Shown in pieces: positions 50,630 through 61,448 of a stretch of 64,000 bases of DNA. Under the pieces are notes generated by a model that worked only from the letters and a program-made list of their open reading frames with translations, did no database searches and was not told the DNA's origin. Source of the stretch: Tubulanus polymorphus (Eukaryota > Animalia > Nemertea); assembly GCF_964204645.1 (NCBI RefSeq), contig NW_027437458.1, positions 1 to 64,000 on the forward strand. Reading direction: 5' to 3'. How positions within the stretch are numbered: position 1 is the stretch's first letter; every line of letters begins with the position of its first letter. Both the position numbers and the translations under genes were made by a program.

Positions 50630-52520
50630 AGGCCAGGGACCAGTGGGGGCCTGTTTACAAACCTGCGCTTCCCACTGGTCCGCCATTTTTGGCGATACCT
50701 GGCCGACTCGGGTTGTCTCGACTGGGTATCGCATGTCGTTCAGAGAGAGGCCGCCCTTGACCAGGACCCCGGAGGACATGAAGCCCAAACAGGGCCAGGA
50801 GCTGCACATAGATCCAGCCATTCAGGAGCTCTGGGACAAAAGGGCACTGGAATTGGTCGAGGATCCAGGGTCTCGGGACTGGTACTCGAGAATTTTTACA
50901 GTACCCAAGGCGTCGGGAGGTCTCAGAACGGTCATAGATCTGTCGATGCTGAACAAGTACCTCGATTGTCAAAAGTTCAAAATGACCACGCCAAAGGAGA
51001 TCATTCAAGGGCTACGCCCGGGTCAATGGGCAGCATCCATAGATCTAAAGGATGCTTATTTCCAGGTCCCTATCCACCCCAGCTACAGGAAATATCTCCG
51101 GGTGAAGTGGAAGGGGCAAGTGTATCAGTTCCGTTCTCTGCCCTTCGGGCTCAGCTCGGCACCCTGGGTCTTCACCAAACTAGTCAGGGCCGTTCAAAAA
51201 AAAAAAAAAGTTGCAATCTCGAGGGGTAAGGCTTTACGTCTACCTGGACGATTGGCTGATAGTAGGGGCCTCCCGCGAGGAGTGTCGCCACGGGGTCGAA
51301 TTGACCCTCGGCATGATACAAGACCTGGGCTTCAGAGTCAACACAGAGAGGTCCCGGCTTTCGCCGTCTCAGGAGTTCACATACCTCGGTATGGACTTCG
51401 ATTTGCGACAGGGACGCGTTCGCCCCACTGCAGCCAGAGTACTGAAGCTGTTCCAGGCTCTTCGTCCTCTGTTACAGGGAGTTCCCCACTCTGCTCGGTA
51501 TTGGAGCAGGGTGCTGGGTCAGATCAGCTCCATGTCAGCCGTATTTCCATTGGGCAGGCTTCACAGTCGGCCGCTGCAGAGGTTTTGGAAGACCGCGTGC
51601 GCTGCCTTAAGCCTCAGTTTGGATGCGTTTATGCCCCCCACGCCCCCCCATCTGTTGGGCGCCCTTCGATGGTGGATGCTTCCACGGAATGTGAGGCAGG
51701 GAGCATCCCTAGCCCCGATCCAGGCTCCAGTCTATCTTTATACGGATGCGAGCCATTACGGATGGGGTGCTCACGTCGAGGAGTCGCGGAAGGCGGGGGT
51801 GTGATCGGGCCGGGAGTCGAAGTTTCATAAACTACCTCGAGCTTCTAGCAGTGTTGAAGGCCCTGAGGTTTTTCGTAAAGAGGTTAGAGGGCTGTCATGT
51901 CTGGGTAGTGACCGACAACACAACAGTCCGGGCTTATCTGAAAAAGCCCACAACATTCAGTTGTCGGTGTCTCACCTAGCCGGGGCGCGGAATGTAGTGG
52001 CCGACGCCCTCTCCCGTCGGGACAAAGCGATCCCGACGGAATGGGTACTTCATCAGTCTGTGGCCAACAGGGTCAAGGCTCTGACGGGCCACCCTGTATT
52101 GGATCTTTTTGCGACCAGGTTCTACGCCAGGTGCCCGGTGTTCGTATCCCCATTTCAAGACGCAATGGCGTGGCAGGTGGATGCCCTGTCGATAGATTGG
52201 GAGGGTCTGCACGCTTATGCGTTTCCGCCCTCTCCTCTGCTGAATCAGCTGCTGTCCAAGATCGAGGACACGGAGTCGTGCAACGTTCTCCTGATAGCTC
52301 CTTGCTGGCCGGCTCAGTCGTAGTTCGTGAGGCTGTTACATCTACTTTGCGACCATCCCAGGCTGCTTCCTCAGGAACCGTTTCTCCTGTCTCAAGGGCA
52401 GTTTCGTCAGCACCCCAACCTGCAATGGCTCAATCTACACGCTTGGCCACTGTCGAGCGATCCTTGCAGAATCAAGGTTTTTCGTCGGCATCTGCCAAAT
52501 TTATCCTGGGGTCTAGGAGG
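50626..52520 (+). pseudogene. DIRS pol: RT, RNase H and N6-adenine methyltransferase-like domain; frameshifted
   Basis: VPKASGGLR.VIDLS, IDLKDAYFQVPIH, LPFGLSSAPWVF, YLDDWLI, YTDASHYGWGA, INYLELLAV, TDNTTV, NVVADALSR, DLFAT, YAFPP. Frameshift in the A-run at 51196-51209. Confidence 0.92.
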
Positions 52521-53486
52521 TCGTTCACTAGGGCCCAGTATGATTCCAAGTGGCAGCTGTTCCAGGATTGGTGCGATGGGCGACAAGTTGATTGTCTCTT
52601 ACCCGCTGTAGCAGATGTGGCGGATTTTCTCTTGTTTTCGTTCCGTGACAAAGGTCAGCAGGTGGTGACTATCAAAGGCTATAGGTCGGCTATAGCGCAC
52701 ACCTTGAAGGCTGGAGGTCGTCCATCGGTCACAGATGACCCTAGAATAGCCCAATTAATTGCGGGTTTTTCGATTCAGCGGCCGCGGTTGTCAAGAGATA
52801 TTCCTCCTTGGGATCTGACTGTGGTTTTGAAATACTTAATGGAGCGTCCTTATGAGCCATTGGAAGTTCTTTCTTTGGCTAGACTGACCAGGAAGACTGC
52901 TTTCCTTTTATGCTTGGCTATGGCAGCTCGGAGGTCCGAGCTCCATGCTCTGTCGGTGAGGCCTGGGCATGTGGTTTTTGGTCCACTTGATCGCTCGGTC
53001 ACCTTGAGGCCTGGGCTTGGTTTTTTGGCCAAGAACCAAAAATCGTCTTCGGCAGGGAGGTCATGGACGATACCGGCTTTAGCCTATCAGGTTTCGGATG
53101 ATTTACCAGATGGGGCTCTCTGCCCAGTCAGGGCGCTCAAAGCTTATTTAGCTCGCACCTTACTCTTTAGAAAGGGGAGGGAAAGGTTGTTTTTGTCTCT
53201 GATGGAGAATTCGGACAGGGATATCTCTAGAGATAAAGTATGGAGATGGATTGTGACCTTGATTAAAGAGGCTTTAAATAGGGAAGGAGCCCCAGAGTCC
53301 CAGGAAGTAGTTTCGCGTCAGGTCAGATCGCTTGCTTCTTGGTCCGCCTTCATGGACGCGTCTATTGATGCAATCTGTAAGGCGGCCTTCTGGGGCTCCC
53401 CCTCTACGTTCTCGTCCTTCTTTCTTCGTGACGTGTCAGGCCAGTTAGGGTCGTTAACGGCCATTGGTTCTGTAGTTATGGCTTAA
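52400..53486 (+). CDS. DIRS tyrosine recombinase (likely inactive)
   Basis: YRSAIAHTL, PPWDLTVVL, KTAFLLCLAMAARRSELHAL, FLAKNQ, LCPVRALKAYL.RT; overlaps pol in another frame. Confidence 0.88.
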
Positions 53487-54632
53487 GGGGTTAGTCGTCC
53501 CCCTAAGCCGGTTGACTCGCGTATTCCTGCGGACCCCTTTCTACCGGGTCCAGGGGATTAGGGTTTTTTCACTGGAAGGATTTGCGTGCGATTCAGGGAA
53601 TCTCGTGTTTCAGTTCGCTTTGTTTACTGTCTGGGTTTCACAGGGATGAAATTGGACATGTACTGTAATTACCAAGTAATTTTTGTTTTTTCTTGGGTAT
53701 GCGATGTTGTGGTAGGACAGAGGGGACTACCCGTGTATTTTTATTAACCCTTGGAGCGTCTCGGCAGGGATCGGATCTCATTCGTTCTGGTCGCTGTCTT
53801 TCAGCTCGAAAGGTGAGCATAGTTCTCCTTATTTTTGGAGGTCTGTGTTCGTTTTTTGGGTGTATTTGTTCTTCAACTTGGCCGTCCCTCCTCCTTATCT
53901 GTGGGATTCTGGCTAGTATGTTTTGCAGGGAATGTATATGAAGGGAATATTACAATTTTTAGTATGAAAATTTGTATTCCCGAGTATACTTACCTGCAAA
54001 ACATACGTTTAAGTCCCTCCCGCCTCCCCGCTCATTGGGTTATGTTACCCCAGAATAATATGAGCGTATTTCCGGTGGCGCCACCGGCTGGTGGTAGTAG
54101 GCCAAGTTGAATTTCGGGCGGTTATACCAGCAAGCTAAGGTTACTGGCTAGTATGTTTTGCAGGTAAGTATACTCGAGAATACAAATTTTCATACTAAAA
54201 ATTGTAATTTTCCTATTTTTTCCTATTTTCCAGTGCTTGTCCTATTTTGTCCTATTTTTATATGAAAAAGTCCTATTTGTCCTATTTTCTCTCATTTTCC
54301 AGCTCGTCGACCACTTGTTATCGACAAAAATGTTCTTTATATCTTTTCATATGATGTGCAACACCATTTTGAGAGTTTGGTAGAACCTGCAGCATTCATG
54401 TTCAGTAAGTCCTGGCTATATAACTTCTTTTCTAATCTTTATATCCTAACATGCCCATTGATTTTGTTCCAAATGTCACATGTTGCTGTGCAACTGGGCT
54501 TTGGCTATATGAGGGTTACAATCATGTATAACCAGAGGCGGTCCGCCTCAGGTATGCATTGCCAAGTATCACCACAGGGATGCTCTGTTGTGATCTAGCT
54601 GTGTGCAGTGACATTATGTTTGTAAGTTTATA

Positions 54633-54720
54633 CAGTGTAACCTCGATATAACGAACTCCATGGGACTGAAATCTAGTTCGTTATATCAGGTGATAATTGT
54701 AATAAATCGAGGTTCCACTG
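54633..54720. mobile_element. 88-bp Tigger/Tc1-type MITE
   Basis: TA|cagtgtaacctcgat ... atcgaggttccactg|TA. Confidence 0.8.
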
Positions 54721-54738
54721 TAGATAAGATTTTAAGTA

Positions 54739-55340
54739 CCGTAAAAACCGGCGTATATGTCTACGCGGCGTATAAGTCAGGGTCGATTTTTTTACCTACA
54801 TTTCATGATTTTAACATATATCCGGCTTATAAGTCGAGTCCCTTCTCTTAGAAGAATAATTACTAGTATCATTGTATTGAATAGTTTGTTTTGATAACGA
54901 TGTGTGCCTTCACGCACGCCATTGCGCGTCAGCCTGATTGCTGCTGTGTGTTAATCAATAGACTGTTACACACACACTCGGGTATAATACACTACCATAC
55001 AGTGATACAGTAGTATGAGTCACACTCTATATATAGCCTTTATATAGCGGAATGTATTAAGCGCTGCTATGAGCGCGCATATATGAATACATCCTTTTAA
55101 ATGAAGCTGTGTCAAAATGAAAGAAGTTTTTTTCATTAAATAGCTTTATTTATCATGAATAATTATTGAAACTGTTATAGCAGTGAGAAGATGAACACTG
55201 TCTTTTTTGTCTGGTAGAATCAATATTTCTTTTACCTGAAAATACTTAGTAGAAAACTGTACTCGGCGTATAAGTCGAGGTCAATAATTTAGTGGTAAAA
55301 TCAAGGGTTAAAAACTCGACTTATACGCCGGTTTTTACGG
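54739..55340. mobile_element. Tc2/pogo-type MITE
   Basis: TA|ccgtaaaaaccggcgtata ... tatacgccggtttttacgg|TA; repeated internal gcgtataagtcg-like motifs. Confidence 0.85.
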
Positions 55341-55854
55341 TAGTAATATTGTGATACCTTTTGTATTTACCGGGTACCTCACTGCGATGTATATTGAGTT
55401 GCTGCTGTCAATCAGTTAATTGTGAAATGTTTCTTTCGAAAAAAAGAAATGAAAAAATGTAATAAATTAGTTTTGTTTTCTAGTTTCAGATTACTGAAGT
55501 TCATTCAAGACATCTGTGAAGATGATGCTGCAGGCTGTATCCTCTCTTCATATATTAAAGTCCTATTTTCTGATGGATATCCTATATATTCTATGAAATT
55601 TTCCTATTTCTGGACACTCTTCCTTTTTTTTTTTTTATGGACCAGATCACTGGAACCCCTGATGTCGTGTAATACTGAAACTCTATTGGCTATTGACTTT
55701 CCACGATCAAAATATTCCAGTCGCGCAGGTCTCCTTCTCTCATGCCGTGATCTGACCGGTTGTTCTCATATGACGATATCAGAGTCATCTGACTCCGAAA
55801 CTGAGTGATCACTGACAGCATCACTAATAACGACTTTATTCGGGGGAGGCAAAA

Positions 55855-56748
55855 CTAGACGATTCCCCTCGGAATCTGAACTGTCAGAGTCGGAACTGTC
55901 CTCAGAAAGGGGTCTTTTACAGGCACAGCCTGATTGCTTTTACTTCTTGTCTTGCCTTTATCTACGAGATTTGGGGTTGGTAAAGGCAGGAATCCACATG
56001 GAAGAAGTAAGTTTCGATGAAAAATACGTTTGTCCCCTAATCCATCTTCCCTCTGTACTCTGTAGACTACCTCTCCTAATTTCTCCTCGACGATGTAGAC
56101 ATCAGGCTTCCACCTAGGAGCCAATTTGTGTTTACCTTTGATGCCAACATTCCGAATCAGTACTCGGTCCCCTAGTTCTAAGAAACTTTTCTCCACTTTC
56201 TGGTTGTAGCGAGCTTGATTATATCCGCTGTTCTTCATAGCACTTTCTTGAGCCAGCCTGTATGCAGTATCTAGCTTAGATCTTAGATCACTAGCGTATT
56301 TAGAATAACTTTTGTTCTGATCTGAAGGTGTGTCTCTGAGATTGAAGAGCCAATCCACTGCGAGGCGGGGTTGTCGCCCAAACATCAACTGAAATGGTGA
56401 ATAACCGGTGGCATCATTTTTGGTACAGTTGTAGGCATATGTGAGATACCTCACATGCTGTGACCAACGGCTACGCTTATCCTCGCTCAAAGTTCCCAAC
56501 ATACCAAGGAGTGTGCGATTGAACCTCTCACACTGACCATTACTAGGTGGATGGTATGGACTGGAGAGAGAGTTCCTAATTCCCGCAATCTTCTTTAGAT
56601 CTCTACATAACTTGCTAGTAAAACTGGATCCTCTGTCGCTATGGAGTCTACGAGGGAACCCGAAATCTAGGAAGAAGTTTTTACCACAGCACCTCTGCGA
56701 CTTGTTTTGTAGTCTGATTTCTAGTCACTATAGCTCTAGAGAATCTTG
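55855..56748 (-). pseudogene. Gypsy LTR-retrotransposon integrase fragment
   Basis: FGFPRRLHSDRG, SPYHPPSNGQCERFNRTL, AYNCT...TGYSPFQLMFGRQPRL, GDRVLIRN...HKLAPRW. Confidence 0.9.
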
Positions 56749-56838
56749 TATAGATTGATTGATATTTTATTTACATAGAACATATACAATAATACAGAGA
56801 CAAGAATTATTAAACACATGATGAAAATACTAATTTAA

Positions 56839-59660
56839 CCCTGGGAAGCCCAGGGTATCTTAAAGTTGCAGGAAGATTATGTTATTTGGTCATTTTATTA
56901 CAAATAAGGTCTAATAGGCATATACATGGTTTTTTTAATTTCTTTAAATTTTTTTCTGTAATTTGGGAAATGTGACATATATGTCACATTGGGCATATGT
57001 GTCACCAAAGCAAAAAAAATTTCCAAATTGTTTTAAAATATTTTTTTCAAAGATACACTTGCCATGTTATGGCTTTATTAAAAATACACTTTTCATAAAA
57101 ATTCAAAAACACAAAATTCATAAAAAAGCATAAAATAAACTTCAAGTTCATCAGACAAGGAAAAAATTTTACAATAATTTTGTCCCATATGTAACGCGGG
57201 GAAAATGTACCTGGACTCATTTCAGTACCACATAGACTATGCCTAGGCCTTCAGTTTGATATGATACAAATACTGTCATTGTTGTTAAAACACAGAGGTC
57301 TGCTGATAGACAGCTGAAAAGACACTATATATGGTATGTGCGAAAGCAGTTACGATCCTCTACAAAACACAATCGAACGTTACATTTCTCGCACAAGGTT
57401 GTTGTCTGATTTTTTTCACAGTGTTTACAACGTCCACGCTTCGCAACCTTTATTGGCCAGTGGCCAACACAGTCTTTCTGTACATCACGTATGGGTGCAG
57501 TTCTTTGTTTCCTCGGCTGTGGTGGTGAAAATGGAACTACAGCATCAGCGATATTTGGTCGGCCACGCTTCCTGGCAACACCAACCTCAATAAGCGCTGT
57601 CGCGACAATTGCCTGAAACTGTCGTTGTTTCAGTACATTTTGTTTAGGTATTCGCAACAGTTCACAGTCCCTTCGATAACTGAGCCAGGCATTTATCACC
57701 CCCATGGTGACGGTATGCCAAAACAAGTAGAGGTACCATCGACGTGATTTTATTTTCTGTCGGTATTTCGCTATGTACGAGTCCATGAGGTCAATGCCCC
57801 CCATGAACGTGCTGTACTCTTTCACTACGGCTGGCCTGGTGACATTGACATACTCCTTTCGTGTTTTGTCCCATCTACGAGCTTCGTCAACTGGTTCAAC
57901 TGCGACATATGTTGAGAAGAGTACTACTCGCCTGTTGTCGTACCAAGCCACAGCAGCAAGGTTATGGCGCTCATCTATTTTGTAGTCATACGTACCACGT
58001 CCAGTTTCTTTCAATTGGTTTTCAGATTTTAGGCCGACAGTAGCCAAGCGGTTAGCACGCACAGTACCAGTCAAGTGTTTTCCGGACTGCTTCAGTTTGA
58101 TGCACACTTTGGCAGATACAAACAGATTATCTGCGAAGATTTTGTAGTTGACATCATTCGGCAAGGTCGAAGTCAATTTCATCACGACATCTGGCCCCTG
58201 TCCTAATTCCGTTCTCTTCCCATCACCACCTTGGTACACCTCAAAATCATATGTCATTCCGGTATCATCTGAGCGCACCCACATTTTGAATCCCCACGGG
58301 TGTGGTTTCCCTTTCACATACTGCCTTATGCTGCTTGTTTTGCCTTTGAATGCAACCATCATTTCATCCACTGCATTTTGTTCTTTTGCGACAAGTTTCA
58401 AGCAATTGGCTCTGAGAGCATCAATCCATGGCCTGATCTTCCAGATCTTGTCTTTTTTTTTTTCTTCATCAGAGACCAGCATATTGTCAACAAAATGCAA
58501 CACAGTCAAAATCTTACTAAACCTATTTCGACTCATCACTTTACTGACAAATTCACATCCAATGTTAGTTTCCCAGTATGAGCGTGTTCCTGCCATCTGG
58601 TGAAGACCCATGCGCAAATAAATTCCTATGACTTTCTCGATTTCTTTTAGGTTTGTGTCAACAGATGTTCCGCCTTTCTGGATGCTGTAAATGTTTGTCT
58701 GTTCGGTCAGTTTATCCAACATTTCTGTTGTTACGAATTTTCTAAAATACGAAACAGGGGTCTCTGGCTCTATCATATCATCTGGTAATTTGTATGTAGG
58801 GCCAGTGAACTGCGTGTCTGGTGGCTCGTATCGATGGGGAGGCCCCTTTGTCCATAATGGTCCAGCTTGTCTTGATAGTGGCTCATCGTCAGATGAATCA
58901 AACTCCTCACTGCTCTCATCCCCTTCTGAAGAGGACTGAGAATCATCGTCAGATGACTGAGGATCTTCGGCAGATGCATTGCGTTCTGATTCGGAATCAT
59001 TCGAATCTGATTCGCCGAAATCACTATCGTTTGTGTCTATCAATGGCAATACATCGTTCAGCTGAAGTCTGCGTCTACCAGCCATTTTATCTGGAAAATA
59101 AAATTTGGAAATTGGATAAGTAAAATGTTCAAATAACTGTCATTGATTGAACCATGACTATGAGTCCTTTACCCCCAGTCGGCGATCAACTATTTATTGA
59201 TCAGGATCGTTGACGTTATAAGATCGACAAGCGCATGCACAACCATAACTGTTTACTCACAGGGTGCCACAGAGCATAATGAAGGCACCATATATCTATT
59301 TATACAGATATGGAAACATAAATCCTTACAGTGATTTTGAAGCAAAAAGTGACAGAATGACCCAGTGCGACACCGGTGTCACATTAGCCATGTAACATCA
59401 ATATAGCTGGATAAATTTTCAAGCTGAGAAGGATACAAATTCGAAGTTTTCACCAATTTCCAAAATCTGTGGGCGCCGCCATTTTGAATTTTCAATCAGA
59501 ATAAGTTAGAGTAAATTTCACCCACCAGATGTCGCTAGTTATGCGACAGGGATGTCACTTTGGGTAATAAAGGCTGTAAAAAGCATTTATTCATTATTAT
59601 GTTGGTGTAGACCCCCTACCAAATCTATGTGACACCCGTGTTACCCTGGGCTTCCCAGGG
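56839..59660 (-). mobile_element. Complete piggyBac transposon
   Basis: Perfect 19-bp TIR ccctgggaagcccagggta, TTAA-containing flanks, intact transposase ORF. Confidence 0.95.
57325..59085 (-). CDS. piggyBac transposase (PGBD3-like), 586 aa, intact
   Basis: Catalytic triad VDEMMV / ADNLF / GGIDLMD, acidic N-terminus, C-terminal Cys-rich domain RCKHC..CEKC...LC..RNCF..YH. Confidence 0.95.
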   Translation of the reverse strand: MAGRRRLQLNDVLPLIDTNDSDFGESDSNDSESERNASAEDPQSSDDDSQSSSEGDESSEEFDSSDDEPLSRQAGPLWTKGPPHRYEPPDTQFTGPTYKLPDDMIEPETPVSYFRKFVTTEMLDKLTEQTNIYSIQKGGTSVDTNLKEIEKVIGIYLRMGLHQMAGTRSYWETNIGCEFVSKVMSRNRFSKILTVLHFVDNMLVSDEEKKKDKIWKIRPWIDALRANCLKLVAKEQNAVDEMMVAFKGKTSSIRQYVKGKPHPWGFKMWVRSDDTGMTYDFEVYQGGDGKRTELGQGPDVVMKLTSTLPNDVNYKIFADNLFVSAKVCIKLKQSGKHLTGTVRANRLATVGLKSENQLKETGRGTYDYKIDERHNLAAVAWYDNRRVVLFSTYVAVEPVDEARRWDKTRKEYVNVTRPAVVKEYSTFMGGIDLMDSYIAKYRQKIKSRRWYLYLFWHTVTMGVINAWLSYRRDCELLRIPKQNVLKQRQFQAIVATALIEVGVARKRGRPNIADAVVPFSPPQPRKQRTAPIRDVQKDCVGHWPIKVAKRGRCKHCEKNQTTTLCEKCNVRLCFVEDRNCFRTYHI

Positions 59661-61448
59661 TTTAATACATTAAGTAGGAGATGGTTCTATGAAGGACTGA
59701 CCCAAAGCCTCATGGCTGTATCGCAAATGCAAGGGCCATACCTTTATGATAAGATGATATCATAATGATGATAAGATATGGATGGATGGGTGAATGGATG
59801 GAGTGATATGGAAATTAATTGGATGAATTAGATATACATGTATAGCATTATGCTGGTTGAAGCGTGATTGTTCTAATATTTTTTCAGTAGTTGTTGTTTA
59901 AAACCACAAGTGAAAGAGCTGATAGTTCTTGAATTCCTGATATTAGTCTCTAAATTTTGCCAGATGGTAGGAATCTTGTTTAAGAATGAGCTGTTGAAAA
60001 TTGTACTTTTATGATGGATCGTTTTAGGGAAATTGCGAGATCTTGTATTATACCTGTGATTTGAGGAGTGAGTTGTAAAAAAATTCATAATGGGTTCCGG
60101 CAGGAGCTGTTTTGAGAAGCTGTAACCAAGTTTGCTTGTTCAATTTGGATAATATCATCAAATTTTGGAATTTCATATTTTTTGAAAATAGGTATAGATG
60201 GAGAATTGTAAGACGCATTATCGATGTAACGCATGGCGTTTTTCTGTAATTTGAAAATTGATTTTGACTGTTTCTTTGAGAGTAATGGGCCCCATAATAT
60301 AATTCCATAGGTCAAATAGGGATGAATGAAACTAAAATAGAGTAGCTTCTTGCTGCATGAGGGCAGAAACTTTTTCAGATTTCTTAAAAGATATAAATTA
60401 CTATTAATTTTTGCCCGTACATGCTTGGCATGTTGACCCCAAGAAAGTATTTCATCGATATAGAGACCAAGAAATTTACAGAAATTGGTTGTTTTGATAA
60501 TTTGATCATTAACTTTAAGTTCAAAATTACGAGTATTCAATATAAAATTTCTCGGATGGAAAATGATGAAATTCAGAGTCAAATTGTTCGCTCTAAACCA
60601 ATCTACAAGTATTTCAACATCATTTTTTAACTTTTCCTGAATATCTAACAATTTTTTGCCTGTTATAAAAATAGTTGTATCATCAGCAAAGAATACATTT
60701 ACAATATTTAAGGGATTGGTAAAGGTCATTTGTATATACAAGAAATAACAGAGGGCCTAATATTGAACCTTGAGGGATTCCATACGCTAGATGATCTATT
60801 TTTGATTTTGTTTCATTAGTTTTTACGTACAATCGTCTGTTTGTCAGATAACTGCTGAACCAATTAAGTGGGGCCCCCCTTACACCATATTTTTCCAGTT
60901 TAACTAAAAGTTTGTTCACATCTATAGAATCGAATGCTTTTGAAAGATCTAAAAATAGACCCATAGTACAATTTCCCCTTTCAAATCCCTTTAAAATATT
61001 TCCTGATAATTCCATAATTGCTTGACTTGATGAGTAGTTAGATCTGAATCCGTGTTGACTTTTATATAGTAGTTTATGTTTTGAAAGAAATTTGTATAAT
61101 CTATTATAAACAATCTTTTCTAGGATTTTAGAAAGTACAGGGAGGAGGGAAATTGGTCTGTAGTTGGTTGTTAGACATTTATCATTAGACTTATAAATTG
61201 GAATAACTTCAGCTAATTTCATATTTACAGGCACCACTTCTTCACTTAACGATTTATTGAAAATGCTTGCTAATGGTTGGTTGATGGCAGTAATAATATT
61301 TTTTAACAGGGTATTATTTATATCATCGTGTCCTGAACTGTTTTTATTTGGTAGGGATTTGACCAGAGTTAGTATTTCATTTGGGTCAGTTGGATACAGA
61401 AATATATTGTTATCATTATGAGTCTTTAGGTAATCGGTGAAGGGTTTA

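Larger units (their letters stand above)
49570..54212 (+). mobile_element. DIRS1-like tyrosine-recombinase retrotransposon, 5'-truncated
   Basis: GC-rich block with gag-like, RT/RNaseH/MT and YR ORFs. ICR at 53910-54006 and right ITR ending ~54212. Confidence 0.92.
56750..61444 (-). mobile_element. L2/Crack-type (CR1 group) LINE, 3' part, with the piggyBac in its 3' UTR
   Basis: RT motifs NYRPISLLPVLSKILEK, FLDLSKAFD, GIPQGSILGPLLF, FADDT, FLGLYID (59873-61444, frameshifted). On the minus strand, aataaa plus a (caat)n tail at ~56772-56750. Confidence 0.85.

Noticed and set aside
51211-51830. C-terminal half of the 487-aa ORF and N-terminal part of the 481-aa ORF (52041-52400) as novel proteins
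   Set aside because: Alternative-frame read-through of DIRS pol after the A-run frameshift, and the normal pol/YR overlap.
54213-55661. hAT-like right end (tggaacccctg) with tcctatttt subterminal repeats and the 128-aa ORF 55422-55808
   Set aside because: Left end not located. The ORF spans a junction with Gypsy sequence and has no recognisable domain.
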